Shown here: one piece after another, positions 1 to 13,000 of the stretch | Layout of the letters: every line of letters starts with the position of its first letter | Position numbering within the stretch: the first letter of the stretch is position 1 | Assembly (NCBI RefSeq): GCF_009914755.1 | Contig: NC_060944.1 | Reading direction: 5' to 3' (one strand) | Source of the DNA: the human T2T-CHM13v2.0 reference genome, Homo sapiens | DNA: 64,000 nt | Translations under genes and position numbers: made by a program | The notes under the pieces: model-generated | What the model was told of the DNA's origin: nothing | The model's input: the letters and a program-made list of their open reading frames with translations, nothing else | The model's database searches: none

Positions 1-1
1 A

Positions 2-18
2 TCGCGTTTCCAACGAAA
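2..18 (-). promoter_or_regulatory. Variant CENP-B box (TTTCGTTGGAAACGCGA), core CGGG changed to CGCG; predicted non-binding
   Basis: Seen: + strand tcgcgtttccaacgaaa. Known: the CENP-B core is NTTCGNNNNANNCGGGN. Loss of binding is inferred. Confidence 0.8.
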
Positions 19-275
19 TCCTCAAATCCAGCCAAATATCCACTTGCAGACTCCACAAAAAGAGTGTTTCAAAACTATACTCTCCAAAGAAATGTTCAAC
101 TCTGTTAGTTGAGGACACACATCAGAGACTAGCTTCTGAGAATGCTTCTGTCCAGTTGTTACGGGAAGATATTTCCTTTTTCAACATAGGCCTGAAACCG
201 CTTCAAATGTCCACTTCCAGATACTGCAAAGAGAGTGTTTCAAACCTTCTCTACGAAAGGGCATGTTCTCCTCAG

Positions 276-283
276 TGACGTCA
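276..283. promoter_or_regulatory. Perfect TGACGTCA palindrome (CRE/ATF consensus; contains AatII site), one per HOR; function unproven
   Basis: Seen at 276-283 and at the same position in nearly all HOR copies; sibling monomers have tgacttga. The motif match is certain; any regulatory role is speculative. Confidence 0.4.
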
Positions 284-343
284 ATGCAAACATCCCAAAG
301 AAGTTTCTGAGAATGCTTCTGTCTGGATTTTATCTGAAGACAA

Positions 344-360
344 TCCCGTTTCCAACGAAA
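344..360 (-). promoter_or_regulatory. CENP-B box (representative; recurs at this position in each HOR)
   Basis: tcccgtttccaacgaaa is the reverse complement of TTTCGTTGGAAACGGGA, matching YTTCGTTGGAARCGGGA. Confidence 0.95.
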
Positions 361-681
361 TCCTCAAAGCTATGCAAATATGCTCCTGCAGATTCTACAA
401 AAAGAGTGTTTCAAAACTGCTCTATGAAAAGAAAGGTTCGACTCTGTTAGTAGAGGGCACACATCACAAACAAGTTGCCGAGAATGCTTCTGTCTGGTTT
501 TTATGGGAAGATATTTCCTTTTCCAACACAAGCCTGAATGCGCTCCAAATGGACACTTCCAGATATGACAAAAGGAGTGTTTCAAACCTGTTCTGTGAAA
601 GGGAACGTTCCATTCTGTGACTTGAATGCAAACATCACCAAGTAGTTTCTCAGAACGCTGCTGTCTGCTTTTTATATGTAT

Positions 682-698
682 TCCCGTTTCCAACGAAA
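682..698 (-). promoter_or_regulatory. CENP-B box (representative)
   Basis: tcccgtttccaacgaaa, canonical 17-mer. Confidence 0.95.
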
Positions 699-852
699 TC
701 GTCAAAGCCAGCCAAATATCCACTTGCAGGTTCCACAGAAAGAGTGTTTCAAAACTGCTCTCTCAAAAGACATGTTCAACTCTGTCAGTTGAGGACACAC
801 ATCACAAAGAAGTTTCTGAGAATGCTTCTGTCTAGTTTTTATGGGAAGATAT

Positions 853-869
853 TTCCTTTTTCACCATAG
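853..869 (+). promoter_or_regulatory. pJalpha (A-box) motif of an A-type monomer (representative)
   Basis: ttcctttttcaccatag matches TTCCTTTTYCACCRTAG. It lies at the position equivalent to the CENP-B box in alternate monomers; degenerate versions near 173, 514 and 1195. Confidence 0.8.
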
Positions 870-1023
870 GCCTCAAAGCGCTCCAAATGTCCACTTCCAG
901 GGAATGGAAAAAGAGTGTTTCCAACCTGCTCTATGAAAGCCAATGTTCAACTCCGTGACTTGAATGCAACCATCACAAGGAAGTTTCTGAGAATGCTTCT
1001 GTCTAGGTTTTATATGAAGATAT

Positions 1024-1040
1024 TCCCGTTTCCAACGAAA
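1024..1040 (-). promoter_or_regulatory. CENP-B box (representative)
   Basis: tcccgtttccaacgaaa, canonical 17-mer. Confidence 0.95.
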
Positions 1041-4000
1041 TCCTCAAAGCTATCCAAATATCCACTTGGAGATTCTACAAAAAGAGTGTTTCAAAACTGC
1101 TCTATCAAAAGAAAGGTTCTACTCCGTCAGTTGAGGACACACATCACGAGTAAGTTTCTGACAATGCTTCTGTCTAGTTTTTATGGGAAGATATGTCCTT
1201 TTTCACCTTAGGCCGGAAAGCGCTCCAAAAGTCCAGTTACAGACACTACAAAAAGAGTGTTTCAAACCTGCTCTGTGAAAGGGAATGTTCAATTCTGTGA
1301 CTTGAATGCAAACATCACAAAGAAATTGCTGAGAATGCTGCTGTCTGCTTTTTATACCTTATCGCGTTTCCAACGAAATCCTTAAATCCAGCCAAATATC
1401 CACTTGCAGACTCCACAAAAAGAGTGTTTCAAAACTATACTCTCCAAAGAAATGTTCAACTCTGTTAGTTGAGGACACACATCAGAGACTAGCTTCTGAG
1501 AATGCTTCTGTCCAGTTGTTACGGGAAGATATTTCCTTTTTCAACATAGGCCTGAAACCGCTTCAAATGTCCACTTCCAGATACTGCAAAGAGAGTGTTT
1601 CAAACCTTCTCTACGAAAGGGCATGTTCTCCTCAGTGACGTCAATGCAAACATCCCAAAGAAGTTTCTGAGAATGCTTCTGTCTGGATTTTGTCTGAAGA
1701 CAATCCCGTTTCCAAAGAAATCCTCAAAGATATGCAAATATGCTCCTGCAGATTCTACAAAAAGAGTGTTTCAAAACTGCTCTATGAATAGAAAGGTTCG
1801 ACTCTGTTAGTAGAGGGCACACATCACAAACAAGTTGCCGAGAATGCTTCTGTCTGATTTTTATGGGAATATATTTCCTTTTCCAACACAAGCCTGAATG
1901 CGCTCCAAATGGACACTTCCAGATACGACAAAAGGAGTGTTTCAAACCTGTTCTGTGAAAGGGAACGTTCCATTCTGTGACTTGAATGCAAACATCACCA
2001 AGTAGTTTCTCAGAACGCTGCTGTCTGCTTTTTATATGTATTCCCGTTTCCAACGAAATCGTCAAAGCCAGCCAAATATCCACTTGCAGGTTCCACAGAA
2101 AGAGTGTTTCAAAACTGCTCTCTCAAAAGACATGTTCAACTCTGTCAGTTGAGGACACACATCACAATGAAGTTTCTGAGAATGCTTCTGTCTAGTTTTT
2201 ATGGGAAGATATTTCCTTTTTCACCATAGGCCTCAAAGCGCTCCAAATGTCCACTTCCAGGGAATGGAAAAAGAGTGTTTCCAACCTACTGTATGAAAGC
2301 CAATGTTCAACTCCGTGACTTGAATGCAACCATCACAAGGAAGTTTCTGAGAATGCTTCTGTCTAGGTTTTATATGAAGATATTCCCGTTTCCAATGAAA
2401 TCCTCAAAGCTATCCAAATATCCACTTGGAGATTCTACAAAAAGAGTGTTTCAAAACTGCTCTATCAAAAGAAAGGTTCTACTCCGTCAGTTGAGGACAC
2501 ACATCACGAGTAAGTTTCTGACAATGCTTCTGTCTAGTTTTTATGGGAAGATATGTCCTTTTTCACCTTAGGCCGGAAAGCGCTCCAAAAGTCCAGTTAC
2601 AGACACTACAAAAAGAGTGTTTCAAACCTGCTCTGTGAAAGGGAATGTTCAATTCTGTGACTTGAATGCAAACATCACAAAGAAGTTGCTGAGAATGCTG
2701 CTGTCTGCTTTTTATACCTTATCCCGTTTCCAACGAAATCCTCAAATCCAGCCAAATATCCACTTGCAGACTCCACAAAAAGAGTGTTTCAAAACTGTAC
2801 TGTCAAAAGAAATGTTCAACTCTGTTAGTTGAGGACACACATCAGACACTAGCTTCTGAGAATGCTTCTGTCCAGTTGTTACGGGAAGATATTTCCTTTT
2901 TCAACATAGGCCTGAAACCGCTTCAAATGTCCGCTTCCAGATACTGCAAAGAGAGTGTTTCAAACCTTCTCTACGAAAGGGCATGTTCTCCTCTGTGACG
3001 TCAATGCAAACATCCCAAAGAAGTTTCTGAGAATGCTTCTGTCTGGATTTTGTCTGAAGACAATCCCGTTTCCAACGAAATCCTCAAAGATATGCAAATA
3101 TTCTCCTGCAGATTCTACAAAAAGAGTGTTTCAAAACTGCTCTATGAATAGAAAGGTTCGACTCTGTTAGTAGAGGGCACACATCACAAACAAGTTGCCG
3201 AGAATGCTTCTGTCTGGTTTTTATGGGAAGATATTTCCTTTTCCAACACAAGCCTGAATGCGCTCCAAATGGACACTTCCAGATACGACAAAAGGAGTGT
3301 TTCAAACCTGTTCTGGGAAAGGGAACGTTCCATTCTGTGACTTGAATGCAAACATCACCAAGTAGTTTCTCAGAACGCTGCTGTCTGCTTTTTATATGTA
3401 TTCCCGTTTCCAACGAAATCGTCAAAGCCAGCCAAATATCCACTTGCAGGTTCCACAGAAAGAGTGTTTCAAAACTGCTCTCTCAAAAGACATGTTCAAC
3501 TCTGTCAGTTGAGGACACACATCACAAAGAAGTTTCTGAGAATGCTTCTGTCTAGTTTTTATGGGAAGATATTTCCTTTTTCACCATAGGCCTCAAAGCG
3601 CTCCAAATGTCCACTTCCAGGGAATGGAAAAAGAGTGTTTCCAACCTGCTCTATGAAAGCCAATGTTCAACTCCGTGACTTGAATGCAACCATCACAAGG
3701 AAGTTTCTGAGAATGCTTCTGTCTAGGTTTTATATGAAGATATTCCCGTTTCCAACGAAATCCTCAAACTATCCAAATATCCACTTGGAGATTCTACAAA
3801 AAGAGTGTTTCAAAACTGCTCTATCAAAAGAAAGGTTCTACTCCGTCAGTTGAGGACACACATCACGAGTAAGTTTCTGACAATGCTTCTGTCTAGTTTT
3901 TATGGGAAGATATGTCCTTTTTCACCTTAGGCCGGAAAGCGCTCCAAAAGTCCAGTTACAGACACTACAAAAAGAGTGTTTCAAACCTGCTCTGTGAAAG

Positions 4001-7000
4001 GGAATGTTCAATTCTGTGACTTGAATGCAAACATCACAAAGAAATTGCTGAGAATGCTGCTGTCTGCTTTTTATACCTTATCGCGTTTCCAACGAAATCC
4101 TCAAATCCAGCCAAATATCCACTTGCAGACTCCACAAAAAGAGTGTTTCAAAACTATACTCTCCAAAGAAATGTTCAACTCTGTTAGTTGAGGACACACA
4201 TCAGAGACTAGCTTCTGAGAATGCTTCTGTCCAGTTGTTACGGGAAGATATTTCCTTTTTCAACATAGGCCTGAAACCGCTTCAAATGTCCACTTCCAGA
4301 TACTGCAAAGAGAGTGTTTCAAACCTTCTCTACGAAAGGGCATGTTCTCCTCAGTGACGTCAATGCAAACATCCCAAAGAAGTTTCTGAGAATGCTTCTG
4401 TCTGGATTTTATCTGAAGACAATCCCGTTTCCAACGAAATCCTCAAAGCTATGCAAATATGCTCCTGCAGATTCTACAAAAAGAGTGTTTCAAAACTGCT
4501 CTATGAAAAGAAAGGTTCGACTCTGTTAGTAGAGGGCACACATCACAAACAAGTTGCCGAGAATGCTTCTGTCTGGTTTTTATGGGAAGATATTTCCTTT
4601 TCCAACACAAGCCTGAATGCGCTCCAAATGGACACTTCCAGATATGACAAAAGGAGTGTTTCAAACCTGTTCTGTGAAAGGGAACGTTCCATTCTGTGAC
4701 TTGAATGCAAACATCACCAAGTAGTTTCTCAGAACGCTGCTGTCTGCTTTTTATATGTATTAGCGTTTCCAACGAAATCGTCAAAGCCAGCCAAATATCC
4801 ACTTGCAGGTTCCACAGAAAGAGTGTTTCAAAACTGCTCTCTCAAAAGACATGTTCAACTCTGTCAGTTGAGGACACACATCACAAAGAAGTTTCTGAGA
4901 ATGCTTCTGTCTAGTTTTTATGGGAAGATATTTCCTTTTTCACCATAGGCCTCAAAGCGCTCCAAATGTCCACTTCCAGGGAATGGAAAAAGAGTGTTTC
5001 CAACCGGCTCTATGAAAGCCAATGTTCAACTCCGTGACTTGAATGCAACCATCACAAGGAAGTTTCTGAGAATGCTTCTGTCTCGGTTTTATATGAAGAT
5101 ATTCCCGTTTCCAACGAAATCCTCAAAGCTATCCAAATATCCACTTGGAGATTCTACAAAAAGAGTGTTTCAAAACTGCTCTATCAAAAGAAAGGTTCTA
5201 CTCCGTCAGTTGAGGACACACATCACGAGTAAGTTTCTGACAATGCTTCTGTCTAGTTTTTATGGGAAGATATGTCCTTTTTCACCTTAGGCCGGAAAGC
5301 GCTCCAAAAGTCCAGTTACAGACACTACAAAAAGAGTGTTTCAAACCTGCTCTGTGAAAGGGAATGTTCAATTCTGTGACTTGAATGCAAACATCACAAA
5401 GAAATTGCTGAGAATGCTGCTGTCTGCTTTTTATACCTTATCGCGTTTCCAACGAAATCCTTAAATCCAGCCAAATATCCACTTGCAGACTCCACAAAAA
5501 GAGTGTTTCAAAACTATACTCTCCAAAGAAATGTTCAACTCTGTTAGTTGAGGACACACATCAGAGACTAGCTTCTGAGAATGCTTCTGTCCAGTTGTTA
5601 CGGGAAGATATTTCCTTTTTCAACATAGGCCTGAAACCGCTTCAAATGTCCACTTCCAGATACTGCAAAGAGAGTGTTTCAAACCTTCTCTACGAAAGGG
5701 CATGTTCTCCTCAGTGACGTCAATGCAAACATCCCAAAGAAGTTTCTGAGAATGCTTCTGTCTGGATTTTATCTGAAGACAATCCCGTTTCCAACGAAAT
5801 CCTCAAAGCTATGCAAATATGCTCCTGCAGATTCTACAAAAAGAGTGTTTCAAAACTGCTCTATGAAAAGAAAGGTTCGACTCTGTTAGTAGAGGGCACA
5901 CATCACAAACAAGTTGCCGAGAATGCTTCTGTCTGGTTTTTATGGGAAGATATTTCCTTTTCCAACACAAGCCTGAATGCGCTCCAAATGGACACTTCCA
6001 GATATGACAAAAGGAGTGTTTCAAACCTGTTCTGTGAAAGGGAACGTTCCATTCTGTGACTTGAATGCAAACATCACCAAGTAGTTTCTCAGAACGCTGC
6101 TGTCTGCTTTTTATATGTATTCCCGTTTCCAACGAAATCGTCAAAGCCAGCCAAATATCCACTTGCAGGTTCCACAGAAAGAGTGTTTCAAAACTGCTCT
6201 CTCAAAAGACATGTTCAACTCTGTCAGTTGAGGACACACATCACAAAGAAGTTTCTGAGAATGCTTCTGTCTAGTTTTTATGGGAAGATATTTCCTTTTT
6301 CACCATAGGCCTCAAAGCGCTCCAAATGTCCACTTCCAGGGAATGGAAAAAGAGTGTTTCCAACCTGCTCTATGAAAGCCAATGTTCAACTCCGTGACTT
6401 GAATGCAACCATCACAAGGAAGTTTCTGAGAATGCTTCTGTCTAGGTTTTATATGAAGATATTCCCGTTTCCAACGAAATCCTCAAAGCTATCCAAATAT
6501 CCACTTGGAGATTCTACAAAAAGAGTGTTTCAAAACTGCTCTATCAAAAGAAAGGTTCTACTCCGTCAGTTGAGGACACACATCACGAGTAAGTTTCTGA
6601 CAATGCTTCTGTCTAGTTTTTATGGGAAGATATGTCCTTTTTCACCTTAGGCCGGAAAGCGCTCCAAAAGTCCAGTTACAGACACTACAAAAAGAGTGTT
6701 TCAAACCTGCTCTGTGAAAGGGAATGTTCAATTCTGTGACTTGAATGCAAACATCACAAAGAAATTGCTGAGAATGCTTCTGTCTGCTTTTTATACCTTA
6801 TCCCGTTTCCAACGAAATCCTCAAATCCAGCCAAATATCCACTTGCAGACTCCACAAAAAGAGTGTTTCAAAACTATACTCTCCAAAGAAATGTTCAACT
6901 CTGTTAGTTGAGGACACACATCAGAGACTAGCTTCTGAGAATGCTTCTGTCCAGTTGTTACGGGAAGATATTTCCTTTTTCAACATAGGCCTGAAACTGC

Positions 7001-10000
7001 TTCAAATGTCCACTTCCAGATACTGCAAAGAGAGTGTTTCAAACCTTCTCTACGAAAGGGCATGTTCTCCTCAGTGACGTCAATGCAAACATCCCAAAGA
7101 AGTTTCTGAGAATGCTTCTGTCTGGATTTTATCTGAAGACAATCCCGTTTCCAACGAAATCCTCAAAGATATGCAAATATGCTCCTGCAGATTCTACAAA
7201 AAGAGTGTTTCAAAACTGCTCTATGAATAGAAAGGTTCGACTCTGTTAGTAGAGGGCACACATCACAAACAAGTTGCCGAGAAGGCTTCTGTCTGGTTTT
7301 TATGGGAAGATATTTCCTTTTCCAACACAAGCCTGAATGCGCTCCAAATGGACACTTCCAGATACGACAAAAGGAGTGTTTCAAACCTGTTCTGGGAAAG
7401 GGAACGTTCCATTCTGTGACTTGAATGCAATCATCACCAAGTAGTTTCTCAGAACGCTGCTGTCTGCTTTTTATATGCATTCCCGTTTCCAACGAAATCG
7501 TCAAAGCCAGCCAAATATCCACTTGCAGGTTCCACAGAAAGAGTGTTTCAAAACTGCTCTCTCAAAAGACATGTTCAACTCTGTCAGTTGAGGACACACA
7601 TCACAAAGAAGTTTCTGAGAATGCTTCTGTCTAGTTTTTATGGGAAGATATTTCCTTTTTCACCATAGGCCTCAAAGTGCTCCAAATGTCCACTTCCAGG
7701 GAATGGAAAAAGAGTGTTTCCAACCTGCTCTATGAAAGCCAATGTTCAACTCCGTGACTTGAATGCAACCATCACAAGGAAGTTTCTGAGAATGCTTCTG
7801 TCTAGGTTTTATATGAAGATATTCCCGTTTCCAACGAAATCCTCAAAGCTATCCAAATATCCACTTGGAGATTCTACAAAAAGAGTGTTTCAAAACTGCT
7901 CTATCAAAAGAAAGGTTCTACTCCGTCAGTTGAGGACACACATCACGAGTAAGTTTCTGACAATGCTTCTGTCTAGTTTTTATGGGACGATATGTCCTTT
8001 TTCACCTTAGGCCAGAAAGCGCTCCAAAAGTCCAGTTACAGACACTACAAAAAGAGTGTTTCAAACCTGCTCTGTGAAAGGGAATGTTCAATTCTGTGAC
8101 TTGAATGCAAACATCACAAAGAAATTGCTGAGAATGCTTCTGTCTGCTTTTTATACCTTATCCCGTTTCCAACGAAATCCTCAAATCCAGCCAAATATCC
8201 ACTTGCAGACTCCACAAAAAGAGTGTTTCAAAACTATACTCTCCAAAGAAATGTTCAACTCTGTTAGTTGAGGACACACATCAGAGACTAGCTTCTGAGA
8301 ATGCTTCTGTCCAGTTGTTACGGGAAGATATTTCCTTTTTCAACATAGGCCTGAAGCCGCTTCAAATGTCCACTTCCAGATACTGCAAAGAGAGTGTTTC
8401 AAACCTTCTCTGCGAAAGTTCATGTTCTCCTCAGTGACGTCAATGCAAACATCCCAAAGAAGTTTCTGAGAATGCTTCTGTCTGGATTTTATCTGAAGAC
8501 AATCCCGTTTCCAACGAAATCCTCAAAGATATGCAAATATGCTCCTGCAGATTCTACAAAAAGAGTGTTTCAAAACTGCTCTATGAATAGAAAGGTTCGA
8601 CTCTGTTAGTAGAGGGCACACATCACAAACAAGTTGCCGAGAAGGCTTCTGTCTGGTTTTTATGGGAAGATATTTCCTTTTCCAACACAAGCCTGAATGC
8701 GCTCCAAATGGACACTTCCAGATACGACAAAAGGAGTGTTTCAAACCTGTTCTGGGAAAGGGAACGTTCCATTCTGTGACTTGAATGCAAACATCACCAA
8801 GTAGTTTCTCAGAACGCTGCTGTCTGCTTTTTATATGCATTCCCGTTTCCAACGAAATCGTCAAAGCCAGCCAAATATCCACTTGCAGGTTCCACAGAAA
8901 GAGTGTTTCAAAACTGCTCTCTCAAAAGACATGTTCAACTCTGTCAGTTGAGGACACACATCACAAAGAAGTTTCTGAGAATGCTTCTGTCTAGTTTTTA
9001 TGGGAAGATATTTCCTTTTTCACCATGGGCCTCAAAGCGCTCCAAATGTCCACTTCCAGGGAATGGAAAAAGAGTGTTTCCAACCTGCTCTATGAAAGCC
9101 AATGTTCAACTCCGTGACTTGAATGCAACCATCACAAGGAAGTTTCTGAGAATGCTTCTGTCTAGGTTTTATATGAAGATATTCCCGTTTCCAACGAAAT
9201 CCTCAAAGCTATCCAAATATCCACTTGGAGATTCTACAAAAAGAGTGTTTCAAAACTGCTCTATCAAAAGAAAGGTTCTACTCCGTCAGTTGAGGACACA
9301 CATCACGAGTAAGTTTCTGACAATGCTTCTGTCTAGTTTTTATGGGAAGATATGTCCTTTTTCACCTTAGGCCGGAAAGCGCTCCAAAAGTCCAGTTACA
9401 GACACTACAAAAAGAGTGTTTCAAACCTGCTCTGTGAAAGGGAATGTTCCATTCTGTGACTTGAATGCAAACATCACAAAGAAATTGCTGAGAATGCTTC
9501 TGTCTGCTTTTTATACCTTATCCCGTTTCCAACGAAATCCTCAAATCCAGCCAAATATCCACTTGCAGACTCCACAAAAAGAGTGTTTCAAAACTATACT
9601 CTCCAAAGAAATGTTCAACTCTGTTAGTTGAGGACACACATCAGAGACTAGCTTCTGAGAATGCTTCTGTCCAGTTGTTACGGGAAGATATTTCCTTTTT
9701 CAACATAGGCCTGAAACCGCTTCAAATGTCCACTTCCAGATACTGCAAAGAGAGTGTTTCAAACCTTCTCTACGAAAGTTCATGTTCTCCTCAGTGACGT
9801 CAATGCAAACATCCCAAAGAAGTTCCTGAGAATGCTTCTGTCTGGATTTTATCTGAAGACAATCCCGTTTCCAACGAAATCCTCAAAGATATGCAAATAT
9901 GCTCCTGCAGATTCTACAAAAAGAGTGTTTCAAAACTGCTCTATGAATAGAAAGGTTCGACTCTGTTAGTAGAGGGCACACATCACAAACAAGTTGCCGA

Positions 10001-13000
10001 GAAGGCTTCTGTCTGGTTTTTATGGGAAGATATTTCCTTTTCCAACACAAGCCTGAATGCGCTCCAAATGGACACTTCCAGATACGACAAAAGGAGTGTT
10101 TCAAACCTGTTCTGGGAAAGGGAACGTTCCATTCTGTGACTTGAATGCAAACATCACCAAGTAGTTTCTCAGAACGCTGCTGTCTGCTTTTTATATGCAT
10201 TCCCGTTTCCAACGAAATCGTCAAAGCCAGCCAAATATCCACTTGCAGGTTCCACAGAAAGAGTGTTTCAAAACTGCTCTCTCAAAAGACATGTTCAACT
10301 CTGTCAGTTGAGGACACACATCACAAAGAAGTTTCTGAGAATACTTCTGTCTAGTTTTTATGGGAAGATATTTCCTTTTTCACCATAGGCCTCAAAGCGC
10401 TCCAAATGTCCACTTCCAGGGAATGGAAAAAGAGTGTTTCCAACCTGCTCTATGAAAGCCAATGTTCAACTCCGTGACTTGAATGCAACCATCACAAGGA
10501 AGTTTCTGAGAATGCTTCTGTCTAGGTTTTATATGAAGATATTCCCGTTTCCAACGAAATCCTCAAAGCTATCCAAATATCCACTTGGAGATTCTACAAA
10601 AAGAGTGTTTCAAAACTGCTCTATCAAAAGAAAGGTTCTACTCCGTCAGTTGAGGACACACATCACGAGTAAGTTTCTGACAATGCTTCTGTCTAGTTTT
10701 TATGGGAAGATATGTCCTTTTTCACCTTAGGCCGGAAAGCGCTCCAAAAGTCCAGTTACAGACACTACAAAAAGAGTGTTTCAAACCTGCTCTGTGAAAG
10801 GGAATGTTCAATTCTGTGACTTGAATGCAAACATCACAAAGAAGTTGCTGAGAATGCTTCTGTCTGCTTTTTATACCTTATCGCGTTTCCAACGAAATCC
10901 TCAAATCCAGCCAAATATCCACTTGCAGACTCCACAAAAAGAGTGTTTCAAAACTATACTCTCCAAAGAAATGTTCAACTCTGTTAGTTGAGGACACACA
11001 TCAGAGACTAGCTTCTGAGAATGCTTCTGTCCAGTTGTTACGGGAAGATATTTCCTTTTTCAACATAGGCCTGAAACCGCTTCAAATGTCCACTTCCAGA
11101 TACTGCAAAGAGAGTGTTTCAAACCTTCTCTACGAAAAGGCATGTTCTCCTCAGTGACGTCAATGCAAACATCCCAAAGAAGTTTCTGAGAATGCTTCTG
11201 TCTGGATTTTATCTGAAGACAATCCCGTTTCCAACGAAATCCTCAAAGATATGCAAATATGCTCCTGCAGATTCTACAAAAAGAGTGTTTCAAAACTGCT
11301 CTATGAATAGAAAGGTTCGACTCTGTTAGTAGAGGGCACACATCACAAACAAGTTGCCGAGAATGCTTCTGTCTGGTTTTTATGGGAAGATATTTCCTTT
11401 TCCAACACAAGCCTGAATGCGCTCCAAATGGACACTTCCAGATACGACAAAAGGAGTGTTTCAAACCTGTTCTGGGAAAGGGAACGTTCCATTCTGTGAC
11501 TTGAATGCAAACATCACCAAGTAGTTTCTCAGAACGCTGCTGTCTGCTTTTTATATGTATTCCCGTTTCCAACGAAATCGTCAAAGCCAGCCAAATATCC
11601 ACTTGCAGGTTCCACAGAAAGAGTGTTTCAAAACTGCTCTCTCAAAAGACATGTTCAACTCTGTCAGTTGAGGACACACATCACAAAGAAGTTTCTGAGA
11701 ATGCTTCTGTCTAGTTTTTATGGGAAGATATTTCCTTTTTCACCATGGGCCTCAAAGCGCTCCAAATGTCCACTTCCAGGGAATGGAAAAAGAGTGTTTC
11801 CAACCTGCTCTATGAAAGCCAATGTTCAACTCCGTGACTTGAATGCAACCATCACAAGGAAGTTTCTGAGAATGCTTCTGTCTAGGTTTTATATGAAGAT
11901 ATTCCCGTTTTCAACGAAATCCTCAAAGCTATCCAAATATCCACTTGCAGATTCTACAAAAAGAGTGTTTCAAAACTGCTCTATCAAAAGAAAGGTTCTA
12001 CTCTGTCAGTTGAGGACACACATCACGAGTAAGTTTCTGACAATGCTTCTGTCTAGTTTTTATGGGAAGATATGTCCTTTTTCACCTTAGGCCTGAAAGC
12101 GCTCCAAAAGTCCAGTTACAGACACTACAAAAAGAGTGTTTCAAACCTGCTCTGTGAAAGGGAATGTTCAATTCTGTGACTTGAATGCAAACATCACAGA
12201 GAAATTGCTGAGAATGCTGCTGTCTGCTTTTTATACCTTATCGCGTTTCCAACGAAATCCTCAAATCCAGCCAAATATCCACTTGCAGACTCCACAAAAA
12301 GAGTGTTTCAAAACTATACTCTCCAAAGAAATGTTCAACTCTGTTAGTTGAGGACACACATCAGAGACTAGCTTCTGAGAATGCTTCTGTCCAGTTGTTA
12401 CGGGAAGATATTTCCTTTTTCAACATAGGCCTGAAACCGCTTCAAATGTCCACTTCCAGATACTGCAAAGAGAGTGTTTCAAACCTTCTCTATGAAAGGG
12501 CATGTTCTCCTCAGTGACGTCAATGCAAACATCCTAAAGAAGTTTCTGAGAATACTTCTGTCTGGATTTTATCTGAAGACAATCCCGTTTCCAACGAAAT
12601 CCTCAAAGCTATGCAAATATGCTCCTGCAGATTCTACAAAAAGAGTGTTTCAAAACTGCTCTATGAATAGAAAGGTTCGACTCTGTTAGTAGAGGGCACA
12701 CATCACAAACAAGTTGCCGAGAATGCTTCTGTCTGGTATTTATGGGAAGATATTTCCTTTTCCAACACAAGCCTGAATGCGCTCCAAATGGACACTTCCA
12801 GATACGACAAAAGGAGTGTTTCAAACCTGTTCTGGGAAAGGGAACGTTCCATTCTGTGACTTGAATGCAACCATCACCAAGTAGTTTCTCAGAACGCTGC
12901 TGTCTGCTTTTTATATGTATTCCCGTTTCCAACGAAATCGTCAAAGCCAGCCAAATATCCACTTGCAGGTTCCACAGAAAGAGTGTTTCAAAACTGCTCT

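Larger units (their letters stand above)
1..1360 (-). repeat. Representative 8-monomer HOR unit (four B/A dimers of 342/338/342/338 bp)
   Basis: CENP-B-box positions start at 2, 344, 682, 1024 and 1362; the sequence from 1361 repeats that from 1. Confidence 0.95.

Noticed and set aside
305-313. TTCTGAGAA STAT/GAS-like motif in most monomers
   Set aside because: It is part of the universal alpha-satellite consensus, so it is not specific to this window.
602-611. Palindrome GGAACGTTCC (two nGAAn units, heat-shock-element-like), once per HOR
   Set aside because: It has only two pentamer units, whereas a canonical HSE needs three. Short dyads are common in alpha satellite and nothing here supports function.
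8903-9370. Longer 155-aa ORFs (also at 11623, 42229, 46308, 49028)
   Set aside because: They arise from single substitutions removing a TAG (ccatag to ccatgg or ccagag) and are internally repetitive; there is no sign of coding constraint.
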